Shown here: positions 51,570 through 64,000 of the stretch, piece after piece | Numbering within the stretch: position 1 is the first letter of the stretch | How the letters are laid out: each line of letters begins with the position of its first letter | NCBI GenBank assembly: GCA_963806185.1 | Contig: CAWDXE010000001.1 | Coordinates: 864,001-928,000 of the forward strand | Length of the DNA stretch: 64,000 nt | Reading direction: 5' to 3' | Origin: an uncultured candidate division Zixibacteria bacterium | Lineage (GTDB): Bacteria; Zixibacteria; MSB-5A5; GN15; FEB-12 | Translations under genes and position numbers: made by a program | The notes under the pieces: generated by a model | What the model was told of the DNA's origin: nothing | The model's input: the letters and a program-made list of their open reading frames with translations, nothing else | The model's database searches: none

Positions 51570-54116
51570 CTAGATCTCGACCTTGCGCAGGCGCAGAGCG
51601 TTGGCAATGACCGACACGGAGCTGAGGCTCATGGCGGCTGCGGCAATCATCGGACTTAACAGGAGCCCGGTGAATGGATAGAAGAGCCCAGCCGCCAACG
51701 GCACACCGAGACTGTTGTAGACAAACGCCAGGAAGAGATTCTGGCGGATATTTCCCATAGTGGCGCGGCTGAGTTTTCGCGCGCGGACAATGCCGCGCAG
51801 GTCACCCTTCACCAACGTTATTTCAGCGCTCTCCATCGCGACGTCGGTGCCGGTCCCCATGGCGATGCCGACCTCGGCCTGCGCCAGCGCCGGAGCGTCG
51901 TTGATGCCGTCACCCGCCATCGCTACCTTCGCGCCTCCGGTCTGGAGGGACTTGATCGCCGCCAGCTTCTGATCCGGCAATACATCGGCAATAACCTGAT
52001 CGATACCCAGCTTTCGAGCCACCGCCTCGGCAGTTGTTTTGTTGTCGCCGGTGAGCATGACAACCCCGATACCGTCGTCGTGCAACTGGCGAACGGCCTC
52101 GGTGGAAGTGGCCTTGATCGGATCGGCGACACTGATAAGTCCGGCTGCTTTGTTGTCGACGAAGACAAACATGACGGTGTGGCCATCGAGACGAAGCTGC
52201 TCAGCCTTGTCTTGCAGGGGAGTGGAGATGGAAGCGAGTCCTTCGAAAAGACGGTAGTTGCCGAGAGCTACATCATGACCTTCGACCTCACCGCGCACGC
52301 CCTTACCGGCGATCGCTGTGAAACCGGCGATCGGTGAGAAGGTAACTGATTTCCTTTCGGCGGCGATGACGATAGCGGCGGCGAGCGGGTGTTCGCTGGC
52401 ACGTTCGAGGCTGGCGGCGAGGCGAAGCATATCGGTTTCGGTCCAGGGGAGTTCGGCGTGGATGGCGGCCAATTCCGGTTTGCCGACGGTGAGCGTGCCG
52501 GTTTTATCGACCACCACAGTGGTGATGTCGCGCATTGTCTCAATGGCGGCGGCATTCTTGAAGAGTACTCCCGCCTGTGCGGCACGACCGGCGGCCACCA
52601 TGATTGACATCGGTGTGGCCAATCCCAGGGCACAGGGGCAGGCGATGATGAGGACGGACACGGCGTTGACAATGGCATACGCAAGGCGTGGTTCCGGTCC
52701 GAAGAGCGCCCAGACAACAAAAGTGATCGCCGAGATGAGCATAACGGCAGGGACGAACCAGGCGGCCACTTTATCTGCCAGACGCTGAATCGGGGCGCGG
52801 CTGCGCTGAGCGTCGGCGACCATCTGCACGATGCGCGCCAAGAGTGTCTCGCTGCCCACCTTTTCGGCGCGAATGACCAATGTGCCGGAACCGTTGACCG
52901 TGGAGCCGACAATCTTGTCCCCGGACTGCTTTTCAACCGGGATCGGTTCACCGGTGAGCATGGATTCGTCGACTGTGCTGTGGCCGTCAATCACGAGTCC
53001 GTCGACCGGAATCTTTTCCCCTGGCCTTACGCGGAGAAGATCACCGGGGTGGACATGCTCGAGCGGGATATCCGATTCGGATCCATCGCTCCCAATTTTA
53101 CGGGCAGTCTTGGGCGCGAGCCCGAGCAAGGCACGTATGGCGGCGCCGGTGCGGCTGCGCGCACGCAGTTCCAGCACCTGCCCGAGCAAGACCAGGGTCA
53201 CGATAACGGCGGCAGCTTCGTAGTAGACACCAACCTCGCCGGCAGCGTTGCGGAAAGAGGCCGGAAAGATTCCGGGCGCGACAGTGGCAATGACGCTATA
53301 CAGATACGATACAGTCACACCGAGGCCGATGAGTGTGAACATATTCAGATTTCGACTTACCAACGATTGCCAGCCGCGCACAAAGAAGGGGAAACCGCCC
53401 CAGAGCACGACCGGCGTGGCAAGTATCAATTCAACCCAAATGCGATTGTGAGCCAGCCAACCGGGGAGCGAGTGCCAGAGCGGAGTCATGTGGAACATTG
53501 CGATAAACAGCAGGACAGCAGTCAGCGGCAGGCAGACCCAGAAGCGGAAAGACATGATACGCAATTCCGGATTTTCGGCCTCGTTCAGTGAGACTGTCAG
53601 CGGTTCGAGGGCCATGCCGCAAATGGGGCAATTGCCCGGACCTTCCTGGCGGATTTCGGGATGCATGGGGCAGGTGAAAATGGTCCCCTTGGGAGATTCC
53701 GGCGCGGTTTCGCGCGCGGCCTTGGGTACGAGATATCTTTGCGGTTCCAAAGTGAATTTCTTCCGGCATGAATCACTGCAGAAGTACCAGTCCCGGCCGT
53801 CGAGGCTCGCTTTGTGGCGAGTACTTTCGTCAACGGTCATGCCGCAGACTGGATCGACGTGTTCCTGAATGGGAAGAGCAGTCGCGGGAGTGTGGCGCTG
53901 GAGCTGGACCATCTGCGGACTGCCGTGCATTTGGTGTCCGGATTGATCGTGTGACTGCTTCCGGTTCAGGAATGACTCCGGATTGGCGGCAAAGCGCTCC
54001 TTGCAGCGAGCACAGCAGAAGTAATATGTCTTATCGTTATGCTTGTGCTGGTGTATGCTGTCAGGACTCACCGTCATTCCGCAGACGGGATCGATGTGTC
54101 CGGTATCTGGTTTCAC
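51570..54116 (-). CDS. copA: Cu(I)-translocating P1B ATPase with two YHS domains and a CPMHP metal-binding domain
   Basis: DPVCGM twice, TCPMHP, TGE, CPCALG, DKTGT, SEHP, GDGIND, YN, MSLSS. Confidence 0.95.
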   Translation of the reverse strand: MKPDTGHIDPVCGMTVSPDSIHQHKHNDKTYYFCCARCKERFAANPESFLNRKQSHDQSGHQMHGSPQMVQLQRHTPATALPIQEHVDPVCGMTVDESTRHKASLDGRDWYFCSDSCRKKFTLEPQRYLVPKAARETAPESPKGTIFTCPMHPEIRQEGPGNCPICGMALEPLTVSLNEAENPELRIMSFRFWVCLPLTAVLLFIAMFHMTPLWHSLPGWLAHNRIWVELILATPVVLWGGFPFFVRGWQSLVSRNLNMFTLIGLGVTVSYLYSVIATVAPGIFPASFRNAAGEVGVYYEAAAVIVTLVLLGQVLELRARSRTGAAIRALLGLAPKTARKIGSDGSESDIPLEHVHPGDLLRVRPGEKIPVDGLVIDGHSTVDESMLTGEPIPVEKQSGDKIVGSTVNGSGTLVIRAEKVGSETLLARIVQMVADAQRSRAPIQRLADKVAAWFVPAVMLISAITFVVWALFGPEPRLAYAIVNAVSVLIIACPCALGLATPMSIMVAAGRAAQAGVLFKNAAAIETMRDITTVVVDKTGTLTVGKPELAAIHAELPWTETDMLRLAASLERASEHPLAAAIVIAAERKSVTFSPIAGFTAIAGKGVRGEVEGHDVALGNYRLFEGLASISTPLQDKAEQLRLDGHTVMFVFVDNKAAGLISVADPIKATSTEAVRQLHDDGIGVVMLTGDNKTTAEAVARKLGIDQVIADVLPDQKLAAIKSLQTGGAKVAMAGDGINDAPALAQAEVGIAMGTGTDVAMESAEITLVKGDLRGIVRARKLSRATMGNIRQNLFLAFVYNSLGVPLAAGLFYPFTGLLLSPMIAAAAMSLSSVSVIANALRLRKVEI

Positions 54117-54541
54117 GATTTGGTTTTTCCTTTTCTTTCCGACAGAGTGATCCCTTCAGCCAACCGTTCCACTATCGGGCAGTGCCGGGTCGAAGTCGAG
54201 CGGGCGCAGCGATGGATCAGGTCCTGCATGGTGTCGCGCATGCGGGTCAGCCAAGCGATTTGTTGATCGATGAGCTCAACTTTTTCCTGAGCGATGCGGC
54301 GGATTTCGGCGCGATCGAGCAGGTCACCGTCGACGATGGCCAGCAGGTCGCGGATCTCTTTCAGACCGAAGCCGAATGTTTGCGCATTCTTGATGAAGAT
54401 CACCCGCTTGAGGTGATCATCGGTGAAAGTCCGATACCCGCCATGGGTTCGATTTGGCAGCGGCAGGAGACCTTCGCGCTCATAAAAGCGAAGGGTTTCC
54501 TTGTTTACTTCAGCTTTAGTGGCCAGTTCGCCGGTAGTCAT
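54113..54541 (-). CDS. MerR-family metal-responsive regulator (CueR-like)
   Basis: [14 protein letters not shown]-terminal Cx8C; no Cys at the divalent-sensing position; coupled to copA. Confidence 0.88.
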   Translation of the reverse strand: MTTGELATKAEVNKETLRFYEREGLLPLPNRTHGGYRTFTDDHLKRVIFIKNAQTFGFGLKEIRDLLAIVDGDLLDRAEIRRIAQEKVELIDQQIAWLTRMRDTMQDLIHRCARSTSTRHCPIVERLAEGITLSERKGKTKS

Positions 54542-54579
54542 CGCAACCTTTCTTACTTTCTGAGTTTGATGAATATAAC

Positions 54580-54601
54580 ACCCTGTACTATAGTACAGGG
54601 T
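54580..54601. promoter_or_regulatory. MerR-type operator
   Basis: Perfect 22-bp palindrome ACCCTGTACTATAGTACAGGGT about 40 nt upstream of the regulator. Confidence 0.85.
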
Positions 54602-54746
54602 TCATATTTTTTTGGAATATTCTCACAGCGCAGCAAAGAGGCTTTTTGGCACAGGGGATCGCGATCGGGAAGAATCGAATTAGCTGTATTCTCCCGTTAA
54701 CTTGCTGTAATTTATCGATATAAGGGACTCGCTAGTCAGAGAATCT

Positions 54747-55442
54747 ATGGGTATCATAAGTCGAGCAACGCGCATAGTGAGACAGGCCGGCTTGACCGGC
54801 CTATTAATGAAGGGGGTGATTCTCGCTTATGACCGGTGGTTCGACTTCCGGTATGGAGTGGATACCTGCCGACGCCAATTGCTGAGCGAGATGAAGATCT
54901 CAAGCGGCAATCGGAAACACGGAAATAAGTACGAACCGAGCCGGGTTCTTCCGGTGAGGCGGTTTCTGAAAATGATCGCGCCTACTCTGCCCCAGCCGGC
55001 GGTGCTGGTAGATATAGGAAGCGGCAAGGGGCGGATATTGCTGATCGCCTCGCAATTCGGTTTTGCGTCGGCGACTGGGGTGGAGTTTGCCGAAGAACTT
55101 TGCGAAATCGCTCGCTCAAACTGCCGGATCATGAGTGAGTCGACCGGCACCTCAACGAAGTTTCAGATCGTACATGGGGATGCCACAGCATATCCCGTCG
55201 GTCAGACCGACAATACATTCTTCTTTTTCAATCCCTTTGATGATGTCGTGATGAAAGCGGTTCTGGAGAATATCACGGCGTCGGTTACGGCATGGCCACG
55301 CCGGATCGTGCTCTGTCTTTACAACCCGCCGTCTACAGACATAATTGATCGATCACCAGCGTTCACGAAAGACAACGAGTTCACGATCCTCGGCTACCAC
55401 TTTATCATCTACGGCAACCGGTCCGATTCGATTCAGTCCTAG
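54747..55442 (+). CDS. Class I SAM-dependent methyltransferase
   Basis: LVDIGSGKGR, GVEF, GDA, FFNPF. Confidence 0.85.
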   Translation: MGIISRATRIVRQAGLTGLLMKGVILAYDRWFDFRYGVDTCRRQLLSEMKISSGNRKHGNKYEPSRVLPVRRFLKMIAPTLPQPAVLVDIGSGKGRILLIASQFGFASATGVEFAEELCEIARSNCRIMSESTGTSTKFQIVHGDATAYPVGQTDNTFFFFNPFDDVVMKAVLENITASVTAWPRRIVLCLYNPPSTDIIDRSPAFTKDNEFTILGYHFIIYGNRSDSIQS

Positions 55443-55447
55443 AAGAC

Positions 55448-57283
55448 TCAGCGCTTGCGGAAGAGCAGCAAGCCCTCGACATAATTTACCCGCAGTGATT
55501 CCGGATAGGCGGTGCCTGACACCTGCTGTAAGACGATCGAGATATCGTAGTTTCTCGACGAGGCAGTGAGGGTCAGGCTGTCTCTGGGCATGGAGACCTC
55601 GCCCCCGCGTTTCTTCAAATTGGACAGTGAATCGGAAAGGGCAATTTCCAGCCACTCGCTCGTATCGGCGGCGCCGGAGCGGAAGTTGAGCTTGAGGATG
55701 CGGTCGAGAGTCGTGCTCATCCAGATACGACAGGTATCGGTGCCCAGGGGCACGGTGGTGGTGCTGTCGCCCTTGGTGAATTCCCATCTGGGTTTCAGGA
55801 AGGCGAGATAGTCGTAGTCGGCGATGGCCAAGACATCGTCGCTCCTGGCAGTAACCGAGAAGTAGGTACCCTGTTCGGAGACAAAGCGAGGGTAGGTGAA
55901 ATCGAAACCGAGCAGGTGGCATAGACTGTCGTTCACGCCGGAATACCGCCCCATGGTGTCAAGCGGGGCAAGGTTGCTGTCGAGGAGCCATCGAGAAAAG
56001 GCGGAAGCGCCGTGCCAGTCGTTGAGATACATGACGATGGAACTCATCTCGTTGCGGTCGGCATCGGTGATTGCCCCGCCGGTGGTGTCAACCAGCTGAC
56101 CGGCGGTGAGCTTGTACTTGCTCAGGAATCCATCCAGGCGGTTGGCTTGACTGGACTGAGAAACGTGCAAAGCGCTCCACGGGCCGTAAGCGGCAAGTAG
56201 AGCGATAAGGCAAATCACCATGGGGATGCTGCGGATATCCTTCTTCTTGCTGATTACAAAGTAGAGAACCACGACGGCCAGACCGACCGCCATCGCGATA
56301 ACCAGGTACCGATTGACCGTGATGCCGTATTCGCTCGTGCGTTCGAGTACGGCGAAGAAAAGCATCACGACCAGCGGGATGAGCAGGCGGAAGAACCAAT
56401 TGGCAAACGTGCGGACCCATTTGTTTTCAGCCAACTGACGCAGCGGCCAGAGCAGGAGCAGGGAGAGTATGCCGACCACGGAGTACCAGAGGATCAGTTC
56501 CGACACCCATCCCTTGGGCCAGTTCCACTGGACGATGATCTTGGCTCCATAGACATAGAGTATGACCAGGTACAACCCCACCAGAGGGAGCAGAATGAAC
56601 TGGGCAAAGATTTTCAGGCCGCGCGGGTATTCGGCGACGTCGTCGAGGGACGAGAGGTTATCGGGAACGCCCGAAAGGAAAACCCAGGTATTGAAGAATA
56701 TGGCGATGATAGCCCAGAGCTTGAAATACATTTCCGGCTTGACGTCGACGCCAAACAACAGATCGAGGGCGGCCAAGGCTATGGCAAGGCCGACAAACAT
56801 GACGGCTGAGAAAAGTGCGGAAGTCAGAAAGCGCAGGAAGAGGGATTTGTTGTATTGCCAGAAGCCCTGGACCCGGTCGCCGCTGAGGTATGGCAGAAAG
56901 GCAACAAGAAAATGGCAGACAATAACAAGGAGGAGGAGTCTGACACCGTCGCCAAAATGCTGGGTGAGGTCGCGGGGTTGGGTTACGAAGTAGAGCAAAA
57001 TGAGCAGGAGACCGCCCACTTGCAAGACCAGGGTGGCCCCTCTCTTCCACTTCTTGTTTTCGGCGTAAGCAACCAGGGCGGTGAAAAGCGGAAGGCCAAG
57101 CGCGGCCAGGGACAATATGCGCAGGGTAATGAACCGGCTCGGATCGGTTTCATGGCCGATGAGCGAGACTGCCGACACGGCTCCCACCAAGGCGCTCAGC
57201 AGGGTGAACGGAAAGCGGATCGCCGCCTGCACTGCGGCCTTGTACAAAAAATCATAGGATGGAAATCTACCTAAAAACCTCAC
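55448..57283 (-). CDS. DUF4153-family membrane protein
   Basis: Many TM segments; FWQYN, ILYVYGAKI, RTSEYGITVNRY; GGAGG SD before the GTG. Confidence 0.75.
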   Translation of the reverse strand: MRFLGRFPSYDFLYKAAVQAAIRFPFTLLSALVGAVSAVSLIGHETDPSRFITLRILSLAALGLPLFTALVAYAENKKWKRGATLVLQVGGLLLILLYFVTQPRDLTQHFGDGVRLLLLVIVCHFLVAFLPYLSGDRVQGFWQYNKSLFLRFLTSALFSAVMFVGLAIALAALDLLFGVDVKPEMYFKLWAIIAIFFNTWVFLSGVPDNLSSLDDVAEYPRGLKIFAQFILLPLVGLYLVILYVYGAKIIVQWNWPKGWVSELILWYSVVGILSLLLLWPLRQLAENKWVRTFANWFFRLLIPLVVMLFFAVLERTSEYGITVNRYLVIAMAVGLAVVVLYFVISKKKDIRSIPMVICLIALLAAYGPWSALHVSQSSQANRLDGFLSKYKLTAGQLVDTTGGAITDADRNEMSSIVMYLNDWHGASAFSRWLLDSNLAPLDTMGRYSGVNDSLCHLLGFDFTYPRFVSEQGTYFSVTARSDDVLAIADYDYLAFLKPRWEFTKGDSTTTVPLGTDTCRIWMSTTLDRILKLNFRSGAADTSEWLEIALSDSLSNLKKRGGEVSMPRDSLTLTASSRNYDISIVLQQVSGTAYPESLRVNYVEGLLLFRKR

Positions 57284-57480
57284 GACTAATCCTCCTGGCT
57301 TGAGGTCTGCCGTATGATCGCCTGCCAGGGCAGGGAGTGTCAGCATAAAAATGCGGTTTCCCCGCAGGCGGCAGCGGGCAAGATCGCCTTGACAGGTACG
57401 GTCCGTTTGAGTACCTTCGCGCGACCCTAGCGGACACTTTCTCACGAGGACATGCGGAAAAAAGAGGACTTCGACAGTCG

Positions 57481-58659
57481 ATGCTGCAGGTAATGCGCGA
57501 CGCCAAGCTGGTTTTGGAGGACGGTCGCGTTTTTTTTGGCCGACGGTTTGGCGCCCGGACCGACGCGGCAGGCGAAGTGGTCTTCAATACCGCCATGTGC
57601 GGGTACCAGGAAATTCTTACCGACCCCTCGTATGCCGGTCAGATGGTCGTGATGACCTACCCGCAGATCGGCAATTATGGGATAACTCGTGAGGACGCCG
57701 AGTCCGGTCGCCTCTATCTCAGCGCACTCATCGTGAAAGAACTCAGCCGCGTCGCCAGTAACTGGCGAGCGGCGATGACACTGCAGGAGTACCTGGAGGC
57801 CAACGGCATTCCGGGCCTGGAAGGGTTCGACACGCGCGCCCTGGTGCGCCACCTTCGCACAGCCGGAGCGATGCGAGGTGTAATTGCCGATGTCAGCGTG
57901 GATTCCGAAGCGCTTGCAGGGAGAGCGAAGGCCCACCCCTCGATGGCCGGGATTGATCTAGCTTCCACAGTAACCCTTGGCCGAACATACGACTGGAGTG
58001 AATCAGCGAGAGTACTCAATGGTCGGTGGCGACAACAGGATCTGTTTGCAGCCAGCGCCGCACCGAAACTTCACGTGGTTGTCTATGACTACGGCGTGAA
58101 GTGGAACATTCTTCGCTGTCTCATTCAGGAGGGGTGCCGGGTGACGGTGGTTCCTGCGACGGCGACAGCTGACGATGTTTTGCAGCTTCGCCCGGATGGG
58201 GTGATGCTGTCCAACGGGCCGGGCGATCCTGACCCGCTCAAGTACGCCATCAGCAACATTCAGGCTTTACTCGGCCGGGTGCCCGTGGGCGGAATATGTC
58301 TCGGGCAACAGTTGCTGGCACTAGCGGCGGGTGGAAAGACATACAAGCTGAAGTTTGGTCATCGGGGAGGGAATCATCCGGTGATCGACACGCACACACA
58401 GCAGGTACAGATTACGTCACACAATCATGGGTTTTCCGTCGACGCCGATTCATTGCCGGAGCGCACTGTCGAAATCACCCACATCAATCTAAATGATAAT
58501 ACAGTCGAAGGTTTGGCGCTCAGGGATGTGCCGGCCATGGCGGTACAATTTCATCCGGAGGCGGCGCCGGGGCCGCACGACGCGCACGACTTTTTCAATC
58601 GCTTTGTCGAAATGGCGGCGCACTGGCGCGAGGAGCATACCCATGCCCAAGCGCGCTGA
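57481..58659 (+). CDS. carA: Carbamoyl-phosphate synthase small subunit
   Basis: GEVVFNT, TDPSY, SNGPGDP, GICLG, QFHPE. Confidence 0.97.
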   Translation: MLQVMRDAKLVLEDGRVFFGRRFGARTDAAGEVVFNTAMCGYQEILTDPSYAGQMVVMTYPQIGNYGITREDAESGRLYLSALIVKELSRVASNWRAAMTLQEYLEANGIPGLEGFDTRALVRHLRTAGAMRGVIADVSVDSEALAGRAKAHPSMAGIDLASTVTLGRTYDWSESARVLNGRWRQQDLFAASAAPKLHVVVYDYGVKWNILRCLIQEGCRVTVVPATATADDVLQLRPDGVMLSNGPGDPDPLKYAISNIQALLGRVPVGGICLGQQLLALAAGGKTYKLKFGHRGGNHPVIDTHTQQVQITSHNHGFSVDADSLPERTVEITHINLNDNTVEGLALRDVPAMAVQFHPEAAPGPHDAHDFFNRFVEMAAHWREEHTHAQAR

Positions 58660-61600
58660 TATCAACAGAGTACTGGTGATAGGTTCCGGCCCGATTGTCA
58701 TCGGTCAGGCGTGTGAGTTTGACTACTCCGGTACGCAGGCGATAAAGGCACTTCGATCCGAGGGGATTGAGGTGATCCTGATCAACTCCAATCCGGCGAC
58801 TATTATGACTGATCCGGAGCTGGCCGACCGGACATATATCGAGCCGCTGACCGTGGAGTTTGTGGAGCGGATCATCGCGCGCGACAAACCGGATGCCATC
58901 CTTCCCAGTGTAGGCGGGCAGACGGCACTCAATTTAGCGCTGGCTCTCCAGAAGGCGGGGGTGCTCGATCGCCACAACGTATCGCTCATCGGCGCAAGCG
59001 CGGAAGCGATCCGGGTGGCGGAGGATCGCGAACTGTTCAAGCAGGCGATGGTGGAGATCGGCCTTGAAGTGCCGCGCAGTGTCTTGATCGCGACGATGGC
59101 GCAGGCGAAAGCGTTCAGCCGTCATAACGGCTTCCCGGTCATCGTGCGGCCGTCGTTTACGCTGGGCGGCTCCGGCGGCGGGATTGCCTACAATCTGGAA
59201 GAGCTTGAGCAGATCGTCAATCGCGGCCTCGCCCTCTCCCCCGTCGGACAGGTGCTGGTCGAGGAATCGTTGATTGGCTGGAAAGAGTACGAACTTGAGG
59301 TGATGCGCGACTGCCGCGATAATTTCGTGGTGGTCTGCTCGATTGAGAATTTTGACTCGATCGGCGTGCACACCGGTGATTCTCTGACAGTCGCACCGGC
59401 GCAGACACTTACGGACAAGGAGTTCCAGCGGATGCGGGATGCCGCGGCGGCCATCTTGCGACGTGTCAAAGTAGAGACGGGCGGCTCCAATGTGCAGTTT
59501 GCGGTGAATCCGCACACTGGGCGGCTGGTGGTGATCGAGATGAATCCCCGCGTATCGAGATCGTCGGCCCTGGCCTCCAAGGCAACGGGCTTTCCCGATT
59601 GCGAAGATCGCGGCCAAGCTGGCAATAGGGTATACGCTCGATGAAATTCCGAATGACATCACCCGCATGACCCCGGCGGCGTTTGAGCCGGCGATTGATT
59701 ATGTCGTCACGAAGATTCCGAAGTTCGCCTTTGAGAAATTTCCCGGAGCCGATTCAGCACTGGGGATACAGATGAAGTCGGTCGGCGAGGTGATGGCGAT
59801 TGGACGAACGTTTAAGGAATCACTCTTCAAAGCGCTGCGATCGCTGGAGGCGGTGAAACCGTTTCGACCGGGTGAGATGACCCGGGAACAGATTACGACG
59901 GCGCTGGCCACGCCCAACGAGAATCGCCTGCACTATATCGTGCACGCGCTCGATATCGGGTGGAGTGTGGCGGAGATCAACCGGCTGACATTCATTGATG
60001 TCTGGTTTCTCGACCAGATCGCGCAGTTCGCCGAACTTCAACGGCAAATCCGAGGGCGCAAGCTGGCTGAGCTGTTGGACGGTGAGCTGCATCTCGCCAA
60101 GCAGTGGGGATTTTCGGACCGTCGCCTTGCCTACCTCACCGGTACCGACGAAGACTCGGTGCGCAAACGTCGTCATGCCGTCGGATTACGGCCGATCTTC
60201 AAGCGGGTTGACACCTGCGCGGGAGAGTTTCAGTCATTCACTCCTTACCTGTATTCCGCCTACGATGAAGAGGACGAGAGCGAGCCACAGCCGGGGCGCA
60301 AGATCATGATTCTCGGCAGTGGACCAAATCGAATTGGCCAGGGGATCGAATTCGACTACTGCTGCTGTCATGCCTCGTTTGCCCTGCGTGAAGAGGGAGT
60401 GCAGAGCATTATGGTGAACTGCAACCCGGAGACCGTATCGACCGACTACGACACCAGCGACCGCCTTTATTTCGAGCCGCTCACGCTTGAGGATGTGCTG
60501 GAGATATACGAAAGAGAACGGCCCGACGGCGTCATAGTGCAGTTTGGTGGGCAAACGCCGCTGAAATTGACGATGCCTCTGGCGGAGGCGGGGGTGACGA
60601 TTCTGGGGACGCCGCCTGACTCCGTGGACCTGGCGGAGGATCGGGAGCGGTTTGCGGAATTTTTGGATCGACTCGATGTGCCTCACCCGGCGCACGCCAT
60701 CGCGCGGACGATGGACGAGGGCGACGCGGCTGTGCGGATACTGGGTTTTCCGTTGTTGTTGCGGCCGTCGTATGTGCTGGGCGGACGAGGAATGGCGATC
60801 ATCTATGGGGCACAACAGTTGCACGCCTATCTGACCAAGGCGTTTGATGCTGCACCCGGACAAACGGTGTTGATTGACAAGTTTCTTGAGGATGCGTTTG
60901 AAGTCGACGTCGACGCCCTGGCGGATGGCCAGACCTGCATTCTGGCGGGAGTGATGCAGCATATCGAGGAGGCCGGGGTACACAGCGGCGATTCCAGTTC
61001 CGTCCTTCCGACCTACTTGATCGAAGAACGGCACCTGGTACAAATCAGGGAGATGACTCGGCTGTTGGCGCGGGAGTTGAAGGTTGTCGGGATGATGAAT
61101 ATCCAATACGCGATTGCCGAAGGTCAGGTGTATGTGCTGGAGGTCAATCCGCGGGCATCGCGAACCGTGCCGTTTGTCGCCAAGTCGACCGGGGTGCCAC
61201 TGGCGAAAATCGCGACCCGGCTGATGCTTGGTCATACGCTGGCGGAAATGGGGTTGACGGAGGACCTGACAGTCTCCCGCTTTTTTGTCAAGACACCGGT
61301 CTTCCCCTTCATCAAGTTTCCGGGAGTCGACCCAAAGTTGTCGCCGGAGATGCGTTCGACCGGCGAGGTTTTGGGGAGCGGCGACAATTTCGGCGTCGCC
61401 TTCTACAAAGCACAACTGGCGGCCGGGATTCGCTTGCCCGGTGACGGGGCATTGTTGATCAGCGTCAACGACCGCGACAAAAAGGGGATACTTTCCGTGG
61501 CCCGGAGATTTGCGGCCATGGGGTTCCGAATCCAGGCGACTGGGGGAACCGCATCGTTCCTGCAGGATATGGGAGTCCCGGTCGACAGTGTCCTCAAGGT

Positions 61601-61841
61601 GAGCGAAGGGCGGCCCAATTGTGTCGATGTCATCAAGAGCGGCGCCGTGGGACTGATCATCAATACGCCGCTGGGAGCAACGTCGGCCCGCGACGGCTGG
61701 GCGATCCGAACGGCGGCCATTCAGCATGGGGTCCCGTGCATCACCACGCTCTCAGGGGCGGCGGCAGCGGTTGAAGCAATCGCGGCGCTTCGCGAGCAGA
61801 GCATCTCGGTTCTTTCCCTCCAGGAAATCCACTCGTCATAG
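58643..61841 (+). CDS. carB: Carbamoyl-phosphate synthase large subunit; frameshift near 59595
   Basis: [57 protein letters not shown]. Confidence 0.96.
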
Positions 61842-61920
61842 TTCAGATCAGCCGAAACGGCTTGTGATTCTCTCCGGCTGTATCTATATTCACGGCAACG
61901 ACTGAAACTCAATTGTTGAC

Positions 61921-62902
61921 ATGAAGCGCAGCTCGCAGAACCCGATTGTCACGCGCCACGATATCCCTTCAATCAGACCAAGCCTGGTCGATGTTTCCTC
62001 CGTGTTTAATCCCGGAGCCGTTTGCTTCGGCGACAGGATCCTCCTGCTCCTGAGAGTTCAGAACCGGGGGCGAGAAACCTTCCTCCTTCCGGCCACGAGC
62101 ATCGACGGCATAAGTTTTACCGTCGGGCGCCAGCCGGCGGTCTTCACCGGTATCGAGAAAATCAATCACCACGTTTATCACGTTTACGACCCACGGATTG
62201 TCCGCATAGAGGATTCCTACTACGTCACGTTCGCGATGGATATCGACGGCGGCTGCCGCATGGGTATCGCCCGGACGTCGGATTTCGCGACCTACGATAT
62301 TCATGGCGATGCCGTTCGATCACGATGCCCGTAACGGTGTGCTCTTTCCGGAGCGGATCGACGGCCAGTACGCCATGCTGAGCCGCCCGAATCTGAGGAC
62401 TATCGACGGTGGCGTGACCACCGGCAGCGTCATCGAATACGCCACGTCACCGGATCTGGTTCACTGGGAGCCGAAGGGCACGATGATGCAGGGGCGTTGG
62501 CACTACTGGGACGAATTGATCGGGTCGGGACCGTCGCCGATCAAGACACGGCATGGTTGGTTGCATATCTATCACGGGGTGGCGACACATTTTGCGGCGA
62601 GCAACATCTACCAGGCGGGCGTAGTACTGCTTGATCTGAACAATCCACAACAGGTGTTGGCGCGCAGTAGATACAATATCCTCGAGCCGCGCGAGCTGTA
62701 TGAACTGACGGGGCAGGTGCCGAATGTGGTATTCCCCACCGGTCTCGTTGCGAGAAAGACAGGTGCAAACGGTCTGGTCGAAGACGACACGGAGCTGCTG
62801 GTGTATTACGGTGCCGCGGATACGTGCGTGGGGATGGCGACGACAACCGTGCGGGAGCTGCTTGACGCGTGCGAACGGGTGCAAGAGAAACGGAACATAT
62901 GA
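61921..62902 (+). CDS. GH130 mannoside phosphorylase/glycosidase; frameshift near 62295
   Basis: SVFNPGA, YDPRI, RNGVLFPERI, GWLHIYHGV, GQVPNVVFP, YYGAADT. Confidence 0.88.
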
Positions 62903-63993
62903 ACATTTACATAACGATGCTGATTGGTTGCTGCATCCTGTTCTCTCGTAGCGCGACCGCAGGCGAAGAGATGCCGACACCACAGATTCCGTTTTCGCCT
63001 CAATTGTATGTCTGTTATCGCGCATTGGAGCCGATTGCCGTTGATGGACGCTTGACTGAATCGTCATGGCAGAAAGCAGAAGAGACGAACCCTTTTGTGG
63101 ATATACAAGGGGACCTGAAACCATCACCCCGGTTCGCCACACGCGCGAAGATGCTCTGGGACTCGACGTACTTTTATATTGGTGCCGAACTGGAGGAGCC
63201 GGATGTTTGGGGCACGTTGACGGAGCGCGATGCGGTCATTTATCACGACAACGATTTCGAGGTATTCATCGATCCCGACGGCGATACGCACGAGTATTAT
63301 GAACTTGAACTGAATGCGCTCAACACCGTGTGGGATCTCTTTCTGGTCAAACCGTATCGCGACGGCGGGCCGGCGGTGAATGCGTGGGATATACAGGGTT
63401 TGAAAACGGCGGTGGCGGTGCGCGGAACACTCAACACACCGGGCGACAGGGACTCGGGGTGGAGTGTGGAGATTGCCATACCATGGAAAGTGTTGGCCGA
63501 ATGCGCGCACCGGCCGTCGCCGCCAAACGACGGTGACCAGTGGCGGATCAATTTCTCGCGCGTCGAGTGGCAGACCGACGTTAATGACGGCAAGTACGTC
63601 AAGCGGCCGGGGCCGGAGGACAACTGGGTCTGGTCACCGCAGGGGCTGATTGCGATGCATTATCCTGAGATGTGGGGAATTGTTCAATTTTCAACGCTGG
63701 CGGCCGGCGCGGGAACGGCTGATTATGAATACGACCATCTGGACGGCGCACGCTGGGCGCTTCGCATTATTTACTATGCCGAACATGGTTTCTACAGGAG
63801 ACACAATACATTTTCCACTGATTATCAAGCGATCAGCAATATTGCGTGGTTGCCGAATCCACCGGCAGGTTTCTCCTGGCCACCAAGAATTGAAGCGACC
63901 GCCCACCAATTCCGAGCAGAAACTACTCGCTTAAGCGACAGCAGTGTCGTTTGGATCACTCAAGACGGCTGCTGCCGAGTGGAGCACAAATGA
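62899..63993 (+). CDS. Secreted CBM9-like domain protein
   Basis: VDGRLTESSW, KMLWD, DFEVFIDPDG, YYELELN, WSVEIAIPW, WRINFSR. Confidence 0.8.
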   Translation: MNIYITMLIGCCILFSRSATAGEEMPTPQIPFSPQLYVCYRALEPIAVDGRLTESSWQKAEETNPFVDIQGDLKPSPRFATRAKMLWDSTYFYIGAELEEPDVWGTLTERDAVIYHDNDFEVFIDPDGDTHEYYELELNALNTVWDLFLVKPYRDGGPAVNAWDIQGLKTAVAVRGTLNTPGDRDSGWSVEIAIPWKVLAECAHRPSPPNDGDQWRINFSRVEWQTDVNDGKYVKRPGPEDNWVWSPQGLIAMHYPEMWGIVQFSTLAAGAGTADYEYDHLDGARWALRIIYYAEHGFYRRHNTFSTDYQAISNIAWLPNPPAGFSWPPRIEATAHQFRAETTRLSDSSVVWITQDGCCRVEHK

Positions 63994-64000
63994 ATCTTAG

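Noticed and set aside
59580..59670. Programmed frameshift or split carB
   Set aside because: A single extra base at a short C run with no slippery-site context; many similar indels across the window
60234..61727. 497-aa ORF on the - strand
   Set aside because: Antisense shadow of carB

Overview
High-GC Gram-negative bacterial chromosomal segment. C-terminal dockerin-like domains and a SprA-like domain suggest an FCB-group organism, possibly candidate phylum Zixibacteria (inference). Housekeeping genes: lysS (partial), coaD, kdsA-kdsC-kdsD, lptC, carAB. Transport and stress genes: MacAB-like pair without an ATPase, an ABC exporter, cstA, a sugar ABC system with a GH38 mannosidase, msrAB, amtB with a NarL-type two-component system, and copA/cueR. 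About ten genes, including carB, carry small frameshifts that are most likely sequencing errors. Strongest novelty candidate (18.4-25.3 kb): an ECF sigma factor / soluble Zn-finger anti-sigma-like protein / TPR-CHAT caspase-like protease / secreted S8 protease / DUF5666 lipoprotein module. It is tied together by an identically spaced motif (TGCACGAAT-N14-CTCT..GGTAGTA) found inside the sigma 3' end and upstream of the DUF5666 gene. Also notable: a GIY-YIG nuclease gene bracketed by inverted REP-like hairpins whose relatives are dispersed through the window, and a possible dnaA-distal oriC between lptC and kdsD. No CRISPR array, rRNA or tRNA was recognised. All calls are by eye, without database searches.
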